DNA of 64,000 nt from Callorhinchus milii (Eukaryota). Below, piece by piece: positions 25,548-39,214 of the stretch (within the stretch, counting starts at the first letter, position 1; every line of letters starts with the position of its first letter). The DNA is taken from the NCBI RefSeq assembly GCF_018977255.1, contig NW_024704742.1, positions 63,862,001 to 63,926,000 on the forward strand, written 5' to 3'. The notes beneath the pieces are model-generated. The model did not search any database and was not told the origin of the DNA. It was given only the letters and a program-made list of their open reading frames with translations. Both the position numbers and the translations under genes were made by a program.

Positions 25548-28500
25548 AACTTTATCAAGTGATTTGAAATATTTGACTTATTAGGTGCAATATCAAATCA
25601 GATTTAGAATGGCAGCATTGATACTGTAACACACTTTCCTGAAAGAATTGCTGCAATTCTCCAGCGAGTGTCTGATCTCAAACATGAGTGAAGAATGGAG
25701 CAGAGCAGTGACATTTCCGGATACATTTGCAGTCAATTTAAAGTATGTACCCTAATAAGTAAGCAGAACTAATATATTAAAGTAACCCTTCGACAAAGGG
25801 CAAAGATTGTACTGAGGGGTGATAAATGTACATTTGATTCAGAAATATAAATTTCCTCTTCTGTGGATGTGACTTAACTTGCACTTTGCAGTGATGTCAG
25901 CAGGATGTTCGGTGTGCTCTCTCCACCCAGGGAAGGTCAGTGAGAACACAGTCAACCTTGATCTGTGCGGGTCACAACAGATTTCTCTATCCCCACCACA
26001 CCCACCACCACTACACTTATGCAAAGCCTTGCAGGGATAGGGAATTAATATTCTCACCACCCTTAATTGTTCTCAGCAAAAGGAAAGGAAGCTAGTTTCC
26101 TTAGGCTCAGTATGACTTAATGTTCATTCTCAGCTAAGGCAGTTTTATAAAAAACTGTTATAAATTTTTTATAAACTTCATAAAGTTTGTGTAAAGTACA
26201 GTGACTATATTTTTGTAGGTCAGTGGAGCAACTAATTTACAAACAGCTAATTTTCAGGGCTCTTCTGTGAAGTAGGAAGTATAAGAAGGCAACGTTATGT
26301 GAAATAATCGTTATAATAATAATCCCTGTATTTGATATAGCCTCTTACCACATTGTTGAGACATCTCAAAGTATTTCACAGAATATATTGTGAAGTGGAT
26401 TGACTGTGTATTTTGTGAGCGAATCACAGGAGCCAATTGAGCACAGCAGTGGCCCACAAACGGATTGAGTGACCACATTTTTTGGGAGCGATTATTAACC
26501 CAGAAAGTGGTCAATCAATCGACTAACAACCAGGTTTCTACTTACTTGCCAGGTAAACATAGGTATGTGCAGTAAGGAACTTAGCCTAAGGTTTCGCCCT
26601 ACCTGGTAATTGAACCTGGGGCCTCTCGCTTGCGAGGCGAGCACGATAACCACTGCTCTAGAGGACTCCATAAAGCCCTCAAAAAAGTTGGCTGAAATTT
26701 CTTTTGTGATAAACAAAAGTGCCTGACAGCAGCAGCCGGGTGAATAGTTTAGAGATGGGAAAATGGAAATCAAGGCACCCAAAATTATTCGATTCTCAAC
26801 TCTTGGCTGAAATCTACGAATGCTGTAAGATCAACTGCAATGAAAGGAGCAGAAAGCCTTGTAAGTGATACTTTAAATTGTTTCAATTCCTTGAAGGATT
26901 CTAAAAAGGTAGAGCACAAATATTACAGGACTGAATTCACTCTTGGATTTTACAAGTGCTTTTACGAAAGAAGGGGATACAATAAAAGGATAAAATGCAG
27001 TGTTCAGGCCAAACATCACAAAATCCAATGATCGAAGTATAAAGATATTTGACAATTTTGAAGCTCAAATTTATATTTCAAAATCATACTTCAATATTTG
27101 TGGAGGCATAATGCTATCTAATTGTCTTCTTGTGTCCTGGACAACAATTCCCTAGATAAAATTGGTCATTCACTTTATGGATGTTTTGGGGACATTGTTG
27201 TGTGCAAATTGGCTGCTGCACTTGACTACAGAGTTGTTTGCCACATTTTGCAGTAAATCCTGTGAAACGCTATGAGATGATTCGACAATGTGACAGGTTG
27301 CTATATAAAATGCAAGGATCATCATTATTATCAGTAAAAAGCAATTAATCTCTGCTGTAACCCAATGGGTTATTAAAGGCAGATGTTTAGGAATGTTTGT
27401 CTGTGGAACCAAACAGATTAGAGGTGAACCTTAGTTATATTGTCTGCAATGCATTCACACGGACAACTGCACCAATCTTTCAATTGCAAACGTAGAAAGT
27501 GCTCTTCCGATGGTCGGATTTCCGTATCTTAAGTGTTCATTCTCAAGGTCAGTAACTTTATCGACCAGGGAATTTTCACCCTATGGTACAGAGAAATCCA
27601 CTTTCTTCCAATAAATCATATGACAAGACGATGACAATAACAACAACTTGCACTTATATAGCACCCTCCACGCAGGGTAGCATCTCAGATTGCTTAATAG
27701 GGGGTGAGGTAGCTGTATGCACAGTCGAAGAACAAAGTTTTCAAGCAGGACTTGAAAGAGGGAGCAAGGCGGAAGGATTGAAGGAGAGTGTTCCAGAGTT
27801 TTGGGGTGTAATGGCTGAAAGGGTGACCTCCGATGGTGTGGCGGAGGGTGTGAGGGTCGAGCAGGAGGCCGGTGCCAGCCGAAGACTGAGCGTAAGAAGA
27901 GCTTTATTCAAGTGCAAGAGTAATGGGTACAAAGACCCAGGAGAAGGAATAGAAGAAGACTGCAGGGCAAAATTAATGACTTGGTACTGGCGTTTAAGTA
28001 AATATTTTGGTGCCAGACTCTCATTGTCTCTCACTTCCCCACCCCCGTCACTCCCATTTGCCCCTGCTCATCCACTCCCCCCAAAAAACATTCATTGTGC
28101 CCACAGCTGAAAATTCACCAGCAGGAGCTTGTGCTAATTTTGAATTCGCCTGGTTTTCATCAAGAGAAACTCAGGTTACAGATGGAACATGTTTATACCA
28201 AGTGAACCCAGCTAAGCACACGAGTGACAGTGTTGAGAGTGTGTGCTCCGAGATCAGATCCACAAATTGTGTATACAACCCATTACACAGAGACCAAGAG
28301 CCATGTTTCTACATTGAAAGTGCTTGGAAAGGTCAGTGTTAACCCGTTTGTTCACTTCATCAACCCACCCGTCAAAAGTACTGCTTCACATTACAGCAAG
28401 TTATTTTTATCCAACAACAACAACTTGCATTTATATAGCTCAAAAAGAATGAGCTTGAGTCTCAACGTCAGGACCTGAGCTCACAGTCAAACTGTTAGGG

Positions 28501-29980
28501 CTGTCAAACTCACTCTGCCACTGTGGTAGGATTAGCGGCTAGGCATGAAGCAAGGCATTTGATAGGTTGGCTATCTGGNAAAAAAACACGGCTGCCGCTG
28601 GTGTCACTACCATAGCTTGACAGACTATACAACTCACAAACAGGTCCTTCGGCCCAATTAGTCCATATTGGAGTTTATATTCCACATGAATCTTCACCCA
28701 CTCCTTACTCACTCCCATACCCTTTTATTCCCTTCTCCCTCATGAACATCTAGAGCTTTACTGGGTAGCTGCTGTAGGACTTGCCTACAAGACTAACCTT
28801 TGCGCTGAGGGGAACTTTTGCTCGGCACATTTGCAAAGTTATGCTATGGTGCTGGTTACATCGAGAGCAACCATGCATCGCAGCTTCGAACCACTTGGCA
28901 CATATCCATTTTTTTTATCCAGGATTTGGCTTTGAGCTTTGAGACTACTTTTCTTCTACTTCTTCTAGGGGGCTTTGATGTGGCCACAGGTAGCATGTTT
29001 GATACTCCTGGTCTGCACTCCAATGTAATATTGGAGGTGCAATGCATTGCCGCAGGTGCAGTCTTTTCGATGAGAACATTGGCCAAGGTGCTGTCTGCCT
29101 GTTCAGACAGATCCCGTGACAATGTTTGAAAAGAAAAGGAAGTTTCTCCCAATGTCCAAGCCATCAATCACCTGATTAACTGTCCATTTACCTCGTGAGT
29201 GTTTATGGAATTTTGCTGTCACAAATTAGCTGCCACGTTTGCCTTCAAAGGAACAGTCACTACACTTGACAGCAATTATTTCTGAAATACTATGATCAGT
29301 TTTGAAAGTGATAAGATACTATTAAAATTTTAGTTCTTTCTTTAATCTGATCCTGTGCAGCCACACAGATATCAGTACTGGGTCATATATCATTTTAGGG
29401 AAAGAAACCAGTTATATAGAAGGCAGAATTCCAGGGCCCCATAAATGGAGTAGTTTCTCCACACAAAAAGTTTGCCTTAGAAAGAGTTTGCTTGAATTTG
29501 GGATGCTTGTCACGTGGAAAGTATGGATAATTTCAGGACGTAGAGAAACGTTGCAGAAATGGGATTAAAAGATCTGATATGATGTAATGGCTCAGTTGGT
29601 GGCTCCATTCAAAGCACTCTTGCTTCTGAGTCAGAAAATTATGAGTTCAAGCCCCACATTGGGACTTCAGTGCAGTGCTGGGGGAGTGCTGTTTTGCCAA
29701 TGGTGTGATCCTTCGACGGGACCAAGATTCAAGTGGTCAGTATAATTTCAGTGGCACTATTTGAAAAGAAAGTAAGAAAGCCAACAATCCCCAAATAAAA
29801 TTGGTCATTCACTTCATGATTCTTTGTGGGACATTGCTGTGCACAAATTGGCTGCATTTGTGTACAAATATACAGTCACAACACTTTCCTGTAATGTGCT
29901 TTGAGATAGCCTCTTAATGTAAAATAAGAATTATTACATATCCTCCTGATGTAATAATCAAATGCAAACATTATTATGAT

Positions 29981-30200
29981 TAATAATAATAATCCCTCCA
30001 AAACAAAACAATAATAAATCGGTCATTTTCAATCTACGACTGTTTGTGGGACATTGCTGTGCGCAATTGGCTGCCGCGTTCACCCACAAATATACAGTCA
30101 ATTCACTTTACAGTGTGTTCTGTGAAGCGCTTTGGGACGTCCTCCCGACGTGAAAAGCACTATATCAAATGCAAGGATTATTATTATTATTATTATTATT
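29981..30200 (+). mobile_element. Headless copy of the young SINE
   Basis: Starts at taataataatccctcc; near-identical to the 3' two-thirds of 42268-42583. Confidence 0.88.
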
Positions 30201-31629
30201 AATAAGTGGACCATCTCTCATATTCCTATCTACCAATTAAGAGATTCTGATGAATTCCTTATTGAGTTTCTCAAACACTTTGTCCTGAGAGTTGAGTTAG
30301 TAACTCGGAGACCCGAATTAAGAATTTTGGAAAACTCCACAATTCAGACTTATTTTATAAGCCGCTCCCTCTTTTTTTAAAAGAACCTGCAGATATGAAA
30401 CTTCCAAATTAAGATTAGATTTAAGAATTTTTAACATTACTTGAGATTTTAAGACAATACAGTTTCACAGCCCGTGACGAGGTGGAATTCCAGGGCCTCA
30501 AGTCCTCCAGTGTGTCTTGAGCCCAGCTGTCAAACGCGATCTGACTTTCCTCAGACTTGTAACCTGATCCTTGTTGTAAGTCTAACAAAGCTGTTAAGTG
30601 CCACGAGCGTACCATAAATCAGAATTCTGCTTTCAAGCTAATTCTTAAGTTTATTTGAAAATGTTTCCAAACCGAGTGATCCTTGCCTGCCTGCCTACCA
30701 GTTTGTGTGTGTGTGTATGACAAGAGGGGGAGAGAAGGAAAACATCCAGAGTTTAGCAGTTTTAGCTGATTGGACTTCAGCAGTACTCCAACCCACACTC
30801 TGGTGTTCTCAAGTCTTGAGTCTCACCAACCTGGACCTGATACTCTCTGGAATTATGAATTAGTGTGCGTCCCCCACGGAGAAGTTGTGCTTTCCATTCC
30901 AAACATGGGGAAATCTCCATGGGTAGGTAGTGTAGATATATTGGACTGCCAGACTGGTTTGGATACTCTTAAGCATGGTGATGGGTTTCCGCATGTGTCA
31001 GAAACCTGCATGACCAAATGAAAACAGACACGTTTAAATGTTAAACGTGTGTTTAGGTAAGGCATCAACTGCAAAGCAAAATAATATTATCAGAATTGGT
31101 AGGTGGAAAGGAGGTGGGAAATGCGAAAGAACAAGATTTAAAAGATTGTAAGAGAAAAGCTTACCAGGGCAGTTACCTGGAAGCCAAAATCTGCTTTATA
31201 AAAGTCAGCACAAAGGCTTTCAGATTTCATTACAGTCTGGCTAGAAAGATAAGCTTATAAGCAAACATATTGGATTGGAAACCCACAAAAATGTAACAGA
31301 CACATTTGAAAGGCCCTTATTTGGAAGCATAGTTATTTCAATCAAACAATCGTGTTTACACAAAACATGACATAAATTTGGTGGTTAAAATTCTCAGAAA
31401 AGCTGGGCCTCTGGCTGGAACTAAATTGGTTCTATTTGATTTTCCATTGCTGTTAATTAGTGACTAAATATTTAAACAAGGAAATAGGAATTACCAGAGG
31501 AGCATTAAAGGAGTCTTCATCATAACAGCAATGCTTTTCAACACAAACTGTACATACAGCAATTGCTTTGACCAAGGAAAAAAAACACTCAAAAGTTGTA
31601 AGTCATGTATTAAATCTTATATGATGTAT

Positions 31630-32060
31630 GTGTCAAACTGGCTCAGTTGGTAGTGCTCTCTCAGAAGGTTGTGGGTTCAAGCGCACGTCGGGACTTTGAA
31701 CTCACAGTATTGGCTGCACACACTCCAACGGACTGTTGGGGGAACCCTGCATGGTTGGAGGTGCCGTCCTTCAGATGAAATGTTAAACCAAGTCCTGTCT
31801 GCCGATTGAAGTAGAAATTAAAGATCCCATAGCACTATTCGACAAAGAGAAGGGAGTATTTTGCAGTGGCCTGGCCACCAATAAAATTAGTAATTTACTT
31901 TATGGCTTTTTGTGGGACATTGTTGTGTGTAAATTGGCTGCCATACTTACCTACAAACTACACAGTTACTACACTTCACAGTAAAATCCTGTGAAGCACT
32001 TTGAGATGTCTTAACAACGTGATAAGGTGTTATAGCAAATGCAAGTTTGATTATTATTAA
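31630..32060 (+). mobile_element. Second tRNA-derived SINE family (DeuSINE/SacSINE1-like)
   Basis: Head tggctcagttggtag...tcagaaggttgtgggttcaag, core ggaggtgccgtccttcagatgaaatgttaaacc, shared 3' half. Other copies: ~4395-4805 (-), 24657-25232 (+), ~29587-29935 (+), ~50360-50798 (+), ~56270-56682 (+), ~57095-57505 (-), plus many fragments. Confidence 0.8.
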
Positions 32061-33669
32061 AAGTACATTTCCTTTTGCTTGATTCCAGGTGAAAGATTTA
32101 TAACTAAATTCAACATTTAGAGGCTATACACCTCAGCAGTTTACAATCACAGCCAGATCTCCTTGAATGGGATATCAATCAGAATGGTGCTCCCTAGGGA
32201 GACAATGGAAGCTGAACGTGTTGATTCATTTAAGAATAAACTGGAAAGATTTATGTTTGGAAATAATATGGAGTCCTGTAGTGTAGTGGTAGGGAACTTG
32301 CTTCACAAGCGAAATGGTCTGGGTTTGATTCCCGGTAGGGCGAAACGTTGGGCAAGTTTCCTTACTCCACACACCTCTGTTTACCTAGCAGTATGTAGGA
32401 ACCCGATTAGTCGATTGGCGGATCGCTTTCCGGGGGTAAGAATCCCTCTCCAAAAAATAATAATTATTATTGGTCACTCAATCCACGACTGTTTGTAGGA
32501 CACTGCTGTGTGCGATTGGCTGCCGCAAAATACACAGTCAATTCACTATACAGCATATTCTGTGAAGCACTTTGAGACGTCTCCAATATATGATCAGGCG
32601 CAATATCAAATGCAAGGATTATTGTTATTATAATAATATCCCGGGATGCATTATGCAGTTTGAGACATGACGTATGTATGTGACTGCCAGAATGGTGGAA
32701 GGTGAACTGAATGGACCTTAGTCTTCTTTCGCCTAACATATTCTTATGTTCTTATGTTGCATACTTGTACATTTATGAAACTGTGTGCCCTTAACTGGTT
32801 CCCATTTCAATCTTGTACACATACTTGGGCAGCCCGAACTGCACATCAATTGCCAGGATTTTTCAACAAAAAGAATCAGATAACAGCAGTCTACTGGTCA
32901 TATTGTTGTTACACTGCACTGCACCAATGAGGTAAGCAGTAAAATCATGTGGTTTTTTGTTGTAGTTGCGCCTGGCAGAGTTCCAGAGTGGAAGTTCCTA
33001 TAGAAAGTATCATTAGTTTCTATTGCACTAGGTTGGTATCATCAGTACATGTTGCATATTCAGCTTAGAACAACAACAACAAATTACAGGACGTCCTGAT
33101 GTGAAAGGCGTGAAAAGTTTACCCCTTTCCCAGCATAATTGTCAACTTTCTACTCAAAAATAGCACTTGGGACACATCCACATTTTATGCACCAAAATCA
33201 AGCCTGCTCAGCATCCATACCAGGTGCTTTGGGCCAGATGAATTGGCAACCCGTACTGTTTCTCTCCTTGGAGATGCTTTGACAAAGCCCTCAATACGAG
33301 GTTGGTACATGTATATTCCCCATATATTTGGTTGCCATATCAGAAAGAAAGCTTATAACAAAGGTGGCTCAAGTCAGTGTTTGACACCCAATTACAAGCC
33401 TACTAAATATTGGGAATAGAATCAAAGAAAGTTATGTGAAACAACATTACCTGGTGGTTGGCACCTAGAAACAGCATGTTAGTAAAATGTAAAAGATTGA
33501 ACCAGGATCTGGCTTACACACATGGAAAGATTCTGGAGTTTGTGAGATTAACAACTCACCTTTGCTTTACAGTGATGTTTATAAGGTTTGTTAGTTGATA
33601 TTTATGCAAAAGATTATATTTTTTGATGCGATTTACAGCCCTTTGGTATGAATGAGAAGATGGACTTAC

Positions 33670-33964
33670 AGCTTGGGTTTGGTGAGCAGTGGTGGTGGTT
33701 CCTTGATAGGAGAAGGTAATGCAGTGGGCTGTTCTTGATTTAGTCCATTGGTTGCTTGATGGGAAGAGGTACCATTGGGTTCCTTCTCAGCAGTGTTGAG
33801 CTGGAGCTGGAGAGCAGCAACACTTGGTTTGATCTCCAGACTGTTCACCTGAACATGGTCAATTGTCCTCTTGGGAGGCAACTGCAAGGAACTAATTTCA
33901 GTCTGAGGCGATACAGTATGATTGTCTGCTAAACCAGTCCCATTATCCATAGCATCTTCGCTTC
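33670..33964 (-). CDS. PALLD: Palladin exon (295 nt), region after Ig2 ending KEPPPLLTKPKL
   Basis: tttttgcag|GAAGC...CCCAAGCT|gtaagt; contains AALQLQLNTAEKEPNG and PSPIKEPPPLLTKPKL, matching palladin AALQMQFNAAERETNG and SPTKEPPPLLAKPKL; phase 1 in, 2 out. Confidence 0.93.
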
Positions 33965-34983
33965 CTGCAAAAACACACAGTGGAACTTAAACTAGTTCTT
34001 CAGCACCGTGAAAGGATCAGTGTAGAACACATGGGGCCACATGATTTCTGTAACTCGTACAAATTCTCACCTTGGAGATGCTTTAACAAACTCTAGGCTG
34101 CAAGGTGCAATACAGGGAACACACAAGAACATGATTGGCTACTCTGTAATGCACTATTTGGCGTTCTGTGGATAGAGTGAAATTTTCCATAAGGATTTCA
34201 CAACACTCTCTCTTGCTTGCCGGACCTCAGATTTATAAATGTCAACTTAATTATCAGTAGTTATAAAGGGCTTTAGAGCACACTTTTCAGCATTGTAATA
34301 ATTATCTCTGGTCAATTCTAATATTGAATGATGCATTTTCCCCCCAATAAATACACACACAGGTGTGTATGTACATGCACACACAATACATTAATGGGGA
34401 AGGTCATTGAAGAGGACAGTATAAATGGTTTCAAAAAACTGAATGTATTGCCAGGGGAGAGGGGAGACAACCTTGCCCCACGTTACCTCTGCTTTATCCT
34501 GTGACCCCACTGTCTGGCTGCTATCTCTACTCAGCAAAGTTCATGTCCCCTCATTCAGTCTGTTTCATGTCCCCCACCCCATCCTCCCTACCATCATTGA
34601 TTGAGTTTGCAGCCATTCTGCCCCACTCTCCAGAATCCATCCTCCCCCAGCTCGGGCATTTAACTGAATAAAGCATATTGAGACATTCTCCTGATGTGAA
34701 AGGTACTATATAAATATAAATTGCTGTTGATTAATTGAGATAATAAGATTATTATAAGGTTTAAACACTCTGGGATGCCACCCGACTTGGAGGGCACTAT
34801 ATAAATGCAAGTTGTTGTTATAAAGGGGACAGACTGGATTTCCACTCCTAGCATTCTCATGATTACCTGAACCTACTAGGGATTGGTAAGCCGCTCATTT
34901 CTGGGTGAGAACAGATGAACATTCAGGTTTGAATTACTCTTGGATTTTTAATACTTTGAAAAGTAGGTTTTGCAGCCACGTAC

Positions 34984-35103
34984 CTGTGTGGAGAGTGAGC
35001 TCTGCCCTGCATGACACAGAGCCCAAATGATTGGTAGCCACACAGGTAAATATCCCAGCATCTTCTGGAAAGGTTTCTGCTATCACGAGAGTGCAGATCT
35101 CTT
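34984..35103 (-). CDS. PALLD: Palladin exon (120 nt), Ig2 C-terminal half
   Basis: ttagcag|AAGAGATC...CACAG|gtacgt; EEICTLVIAETFPEDAGIFTCVATNHLGSVSCRAELTLHT; phase 1-1. Start is uncertain by 3 nt either way because of tandem acceptors. Confidence 0.93.
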
Positions 35104-35440
35104 CTGCTAAGGGAATCAAGACAATTGAGTTTTAGCACACCTTTATATATAGATCATTCTTGAGCAGACAGGATCTCAACACATGAGCAGGATTCTAGAT
35201 GTGTTCCAGACAAAATAAAGGGTGTTAGCCTTCTGAAGAGGAATACTACTCAAGCATGTAAAACATTTGAAACCTGAACCTATCGATTCGCAACAGCATA
35301 GCGCATGAATTTTACAAATAATGTAGCACACAACAATATTTCTGGTTGCTGGCAAGATTCGCTCCTTATAGCTGTTTACTAAACCATTCACAAACATACG
35401 GTCAGTGCTCAAAACTTGCTATTAAGAGATCGCTATTTAC

Positions 35441-35464
35441 CAGGTTCAGAAGCAGATCGAGGTT
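35441..35464 (-). CDS. PALLD: Palladin 24-nt microexon within Ig2
   Basis: ccttcag|AACCTCGATCTGCTTCTGAACCTG|gtaaat gives (K)PRSASEP(E), matching palladin KPRSTAEPE; phase 1-1. Confidence 0.92.
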
Positions 35465-35580
35465 CTGAAGGTCACAGCAGAAGAGTACATGGAACAGAAG
35501 AGTGGTACACTGAATTAAAGTGCATCCTTTTTAACAGAACCAAATCACATTAACATGTTTTGCATTTATTCGAGCGTTAC

Positions 35581-35722
35581 TTTTCTGAAGGATTCGGAAG
35601 TCTGGCGAGTCCTCAATTTCTGTTCCTTGCCTGAACCACTGGACTCTGACAAGAGGGGCTCCTTTGATTCTACATTCCAGCACCACAACCTGACCGTCAA
35701 ATGCACTAATGTCTTGCAAGAC
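35581..35722 (-). CDS. PALLD: Palladin exon (142 nt), Ig2 N-terminal half
   Basis: ccccacag|GTC...CAGAAAA|gtaacg; VLQDISAFDGQVVVLECRIKGAPLVRVQWFRQGTEIEDSPDFRILQK; phase 0 in, 1 out. Confidence 0.95.
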
Positions 35723-37817
35723 CTGTGGGGCAGAGAATTTGGTTATATTTCATTAATCCTGGCGTAAAAGGAAACACACATCTGGAAGTACTTATTCTGA
35801 TTCTAACCCCAAATGCTCCTTCAGAGTGCAAACTTTGTACACAATACCGTTCTGTTCAGTGTTACATCAAAAGGCCAAATCATTGCTCTGCAAAAAGGGA
35901 TACCCTATTTTACCAGAGTTTTTGAAGGTGATAAAAGACACCATTGATTGATCAGATATGCGACTGACCCACTGTCAAAAGATTGAGCTTCTGTTACAAT
36001 TGGTGTCAGGCCTTCACAGGGATACGGAGAAACAACCAAAAATATTTTCTCATTTGTTTAGCAAAAAATAGTTTCAATCAACAACAGACCTAGAAGGTAC
36101 ATGACCCCATGTTGTTTCGCTCACAAAATACAGTCAATCTACTTTACAGTATACCCTATGAAGCGCTTCAAGATGTCTCAAAGACATGATAAGGCACTAA
36201 ATCAAATGTAAGGGTTATTATTACTTAAATCTACTTCCAATTATCATCAGCGATTCTTTTACCTATCATTGTTAAATATTTAGGTAGAAATTGATGCCTT
36301 CATTAAAATGTTCCTGCCCTTTGTCCATCCCACCATAATCAGTTGGCCTTTCAGCCTATCTGCCGCCATTTTCTCCAACTCCCTTCCTCGCCTCTTTCAA
36401 GATCCGTCTCAAGACCTTCCTCTTTGACTGCGGCTTTGGTCATCTTTCCCCTATCCATCCCACCACAGCTTGGGTGCCAAGCCAGTCAAGCTCTTTAGGA
36501 CATCCTTCTGACATGAAAGACACTACATAAATGTCAATTTGTATTGTATTTTATCCAACTTCCTGGCCAAATGGATTGTAGACAGGATGGCAAACCTTTT
36601 CTGTCACCCAGCAACTCTTCGTCATTACTGGGAGCTATATTGATTTTACCTTTCTGCTAAAAAATGTTTTGTGAGTATTAGTTAACACAATATTGACTCT
36701 ATTGCCATGTTCCAAATAAATAATTGTCTGTGTAAAGAACTGCTTGGGTAAACAATTGGCACCTTAACCAGCAGCACTTACAGGGCTTAATTCTTTCTTC
36801 CATTGCTTTTTGATTTCAGGAGAAGAGCCAACACTTAGAGAGACAGGAAAGACTCGGAAAAAGTGGCAATTGGTTGGGTGGGTGCAGTGTTATTTTTACA
36901 CAGAACCAGACAATAAACTGGAAGTTGGAATCATAGAACTGTGCAATTTAAGAAGCATGTCACTGCTAAGCAAACACACGTCAAACAAATGGTGCAATGA
37001 ATGGGGGGTCAAAAGGAACATGCAGGAGTTAAGCAATCCAGACTGTTCCAGGCAGGTACGAGTGATTGGTGCCAAGGCAGGAACTATGACCCCACCTAGG
37101 AATTCAATCTGAAATAATAGAGGTATTATTGTAGGGCAGGGAGGGATTCCTTAGTAATTCTGTGTTTAGCAGATTCAGTGCTCTGAAGTTTGCCTGTTCC
37201 ATAATCCTAATTGTTGTTGTGAATAGAGGGGCTCCACTACCAGCACCAAACTCCACATGTCTGTGCGCAATTGGCTGCCACGTTTTCCCCTCAAAATAAC
37301 CATTCAATTCACTTTACAGTATATTCTGTAAAATGCTTTGAGATGTCACGAAGACGTAATAAGGTGCTGTAGAGCATTCAGTCCTGTTCCAATAAGAGCT
37401 GTTGTAATGAAGTCAGTTACATTACAAATGTTACATTTGGAATTGATAAGATTGATATCTGAACTTTGTCTGGGATTCTTCGACCTCTGCAAACCTCCCA
37501 GCAGGTGTTTGGCACAGGACACCTCTTACAGCCAGGACATGGGGACAATGTGAGTCATGCATTTTCAACTCCTCTCAAATATCACTCTGATTGATTGACA
37601 GGCGCGGTTGAGTAAAGCACAGCAGTTATCAATTCCCCCCCCACATCCCATCCCCCAACTCTCCTCCCATGCGACCCCTCCAATCCCAGTAAACCACACG
37701 CTCTTCATTTCCCTGATGGCTTGACCTTGCTGGGAGCGACCAGCACAATTCAGGGAGATGTTTACTGGACAACATTTTGCAGAAGTATAGCTCTGAATTG
37801 ATTATAAAAGGTCTGAC

Positions 37818-37883
37818 CTTTGTAAAGGAGGGCGCAGTACCCCCATCCTGCTGGGCTTGAAGACAAAGTGTAGGACTCTGGAT
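37818..37883 (-). CDS. PALLD: Palladin exon (66 nt), start of Ig2
   Basis: ttgttgttaaag|ATC...ACAAAG|gtcaga; IQSPTLCLQAQQDGGTAPSFTK with the P-x-F-T-K start of an I-set Ig; phase 0-0. Confidence 0.9.
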
Positions 37884-39214
37884 CTTTAACAACAAAAAAA
37901 CAGGGAGATATACGTTAGATCCTGTCATTGAAGAGAAACAATTGTAAATGTTAATGGTGACAGTAATTACACAGGAAAGCACAAGGTTGACTGACAGGAA
38001 ATGTATTGCAGTTGCTCGAGCACACGCTACAACTGGTAAAGGAGCAGATTTATAACCTGGCGGTCAAGCACTTGTTGATTTTAAATGCTAGATCACTCGA
38101 GTGTAACACATGTATTAAATGCAAAAAGAAAGTTAACAACACCAGCTACTCTGGCTGCTAATTTCCTCCTATAAAAGGATGAAAAAAATTAATGGGGCAC
38201 GATAATAGTGGATTAACAATGTGACCTTTCCCCTTTAAGAATGTGAAGCAGCTGAACACCTGTGCAATTCCCTTCCTTTTGCATTTAATTCTGCTGACAA
38301 TCTGAAGCAAAGTGACACCAATGGACCCTCTCAGATTCAGTCCCTACCCATTGTGATGCTATGACAGATTGCTGTACACTTAGGGGTCAGCTGCGTGGTA
38401 CACGTGCCATGCAGACAGACCTTTGGTATCAGAAGACCTTTGGTATCACTACACCACATGGCAAATCCTGTGAAGGGCTTTGAGACGTCCTCCTGACGTC
38501 AAAGGCTCAATATGAAATATAAAGATCAAATATAAATATTGCTACATGATATTAATTTACAAGCGATGGAGTTCTCTTACATACTTTTTCCTCCAAATTT
38601 TCTCTCTCACCCTCATTCGGCTCTGCTGAAGTTATGCACTGACTGGCCAATCCATTTTGAATGCTGCCTCTGGCAGCACTGCTGGGATGAGTTGAGCGGA
38701 TGGATAGACACAGACTCACATTTCACCAGGACACTGTGCTCTGAGCTTCATCGCACCACCTCCCCCTCCCCCACCCCACTCTCCCAATTTTATACATGCA
38801 AGGGAGATATTGCCAGAAAGATCATTTTTGTTGAAAGTGCCAATGAAGTATTGACACCACTACTACCTTTTAGAGTGACTTATATACACTGAGAGTCTCA
38901 AAGTGTTTTACAGCAATCACAGATGAAGGGGTGGGGATGAGAATGAGGAAAAGCCTTCAGGATGGTCAAACACTGGCTAAAGAGTCAAATGCTTTACTTT
39001 GGCTTTTAGTTCATTGTGGGTTTCAAGATGGAAGAAGACAGGTATCTGAAAGTTAGAGGCTTGAACTGGTATAGTGATATGGCTGGGCAGTGAGATTTGA
39101 ATGAACGCCTCAGAGCAGTGCAGGCTCGACGGGCCAAATGGCCTCCTTCCTTCACAAGATCAGTGCAGGTGAAGACCTCCCTTCGGCCCACTTGAACTCT
39201 TTGACTGGAGGAAC

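Noticed and set aside
28579..28579. Single N base
   Set aside because: Assembly ambiguity with no biological meaning.
33449..33470. Possible 14-nt microexon (tttctag|GTGCCAACCACCAG|gtaatg) on the minus strand
   Set aside because: It would shift the frame and has no homology support.
36584..36712. caggatggcaaacctttt, resembling a hAT terminal repeat
   Set aside because: No convincing matching right end or 8-bp TSD.
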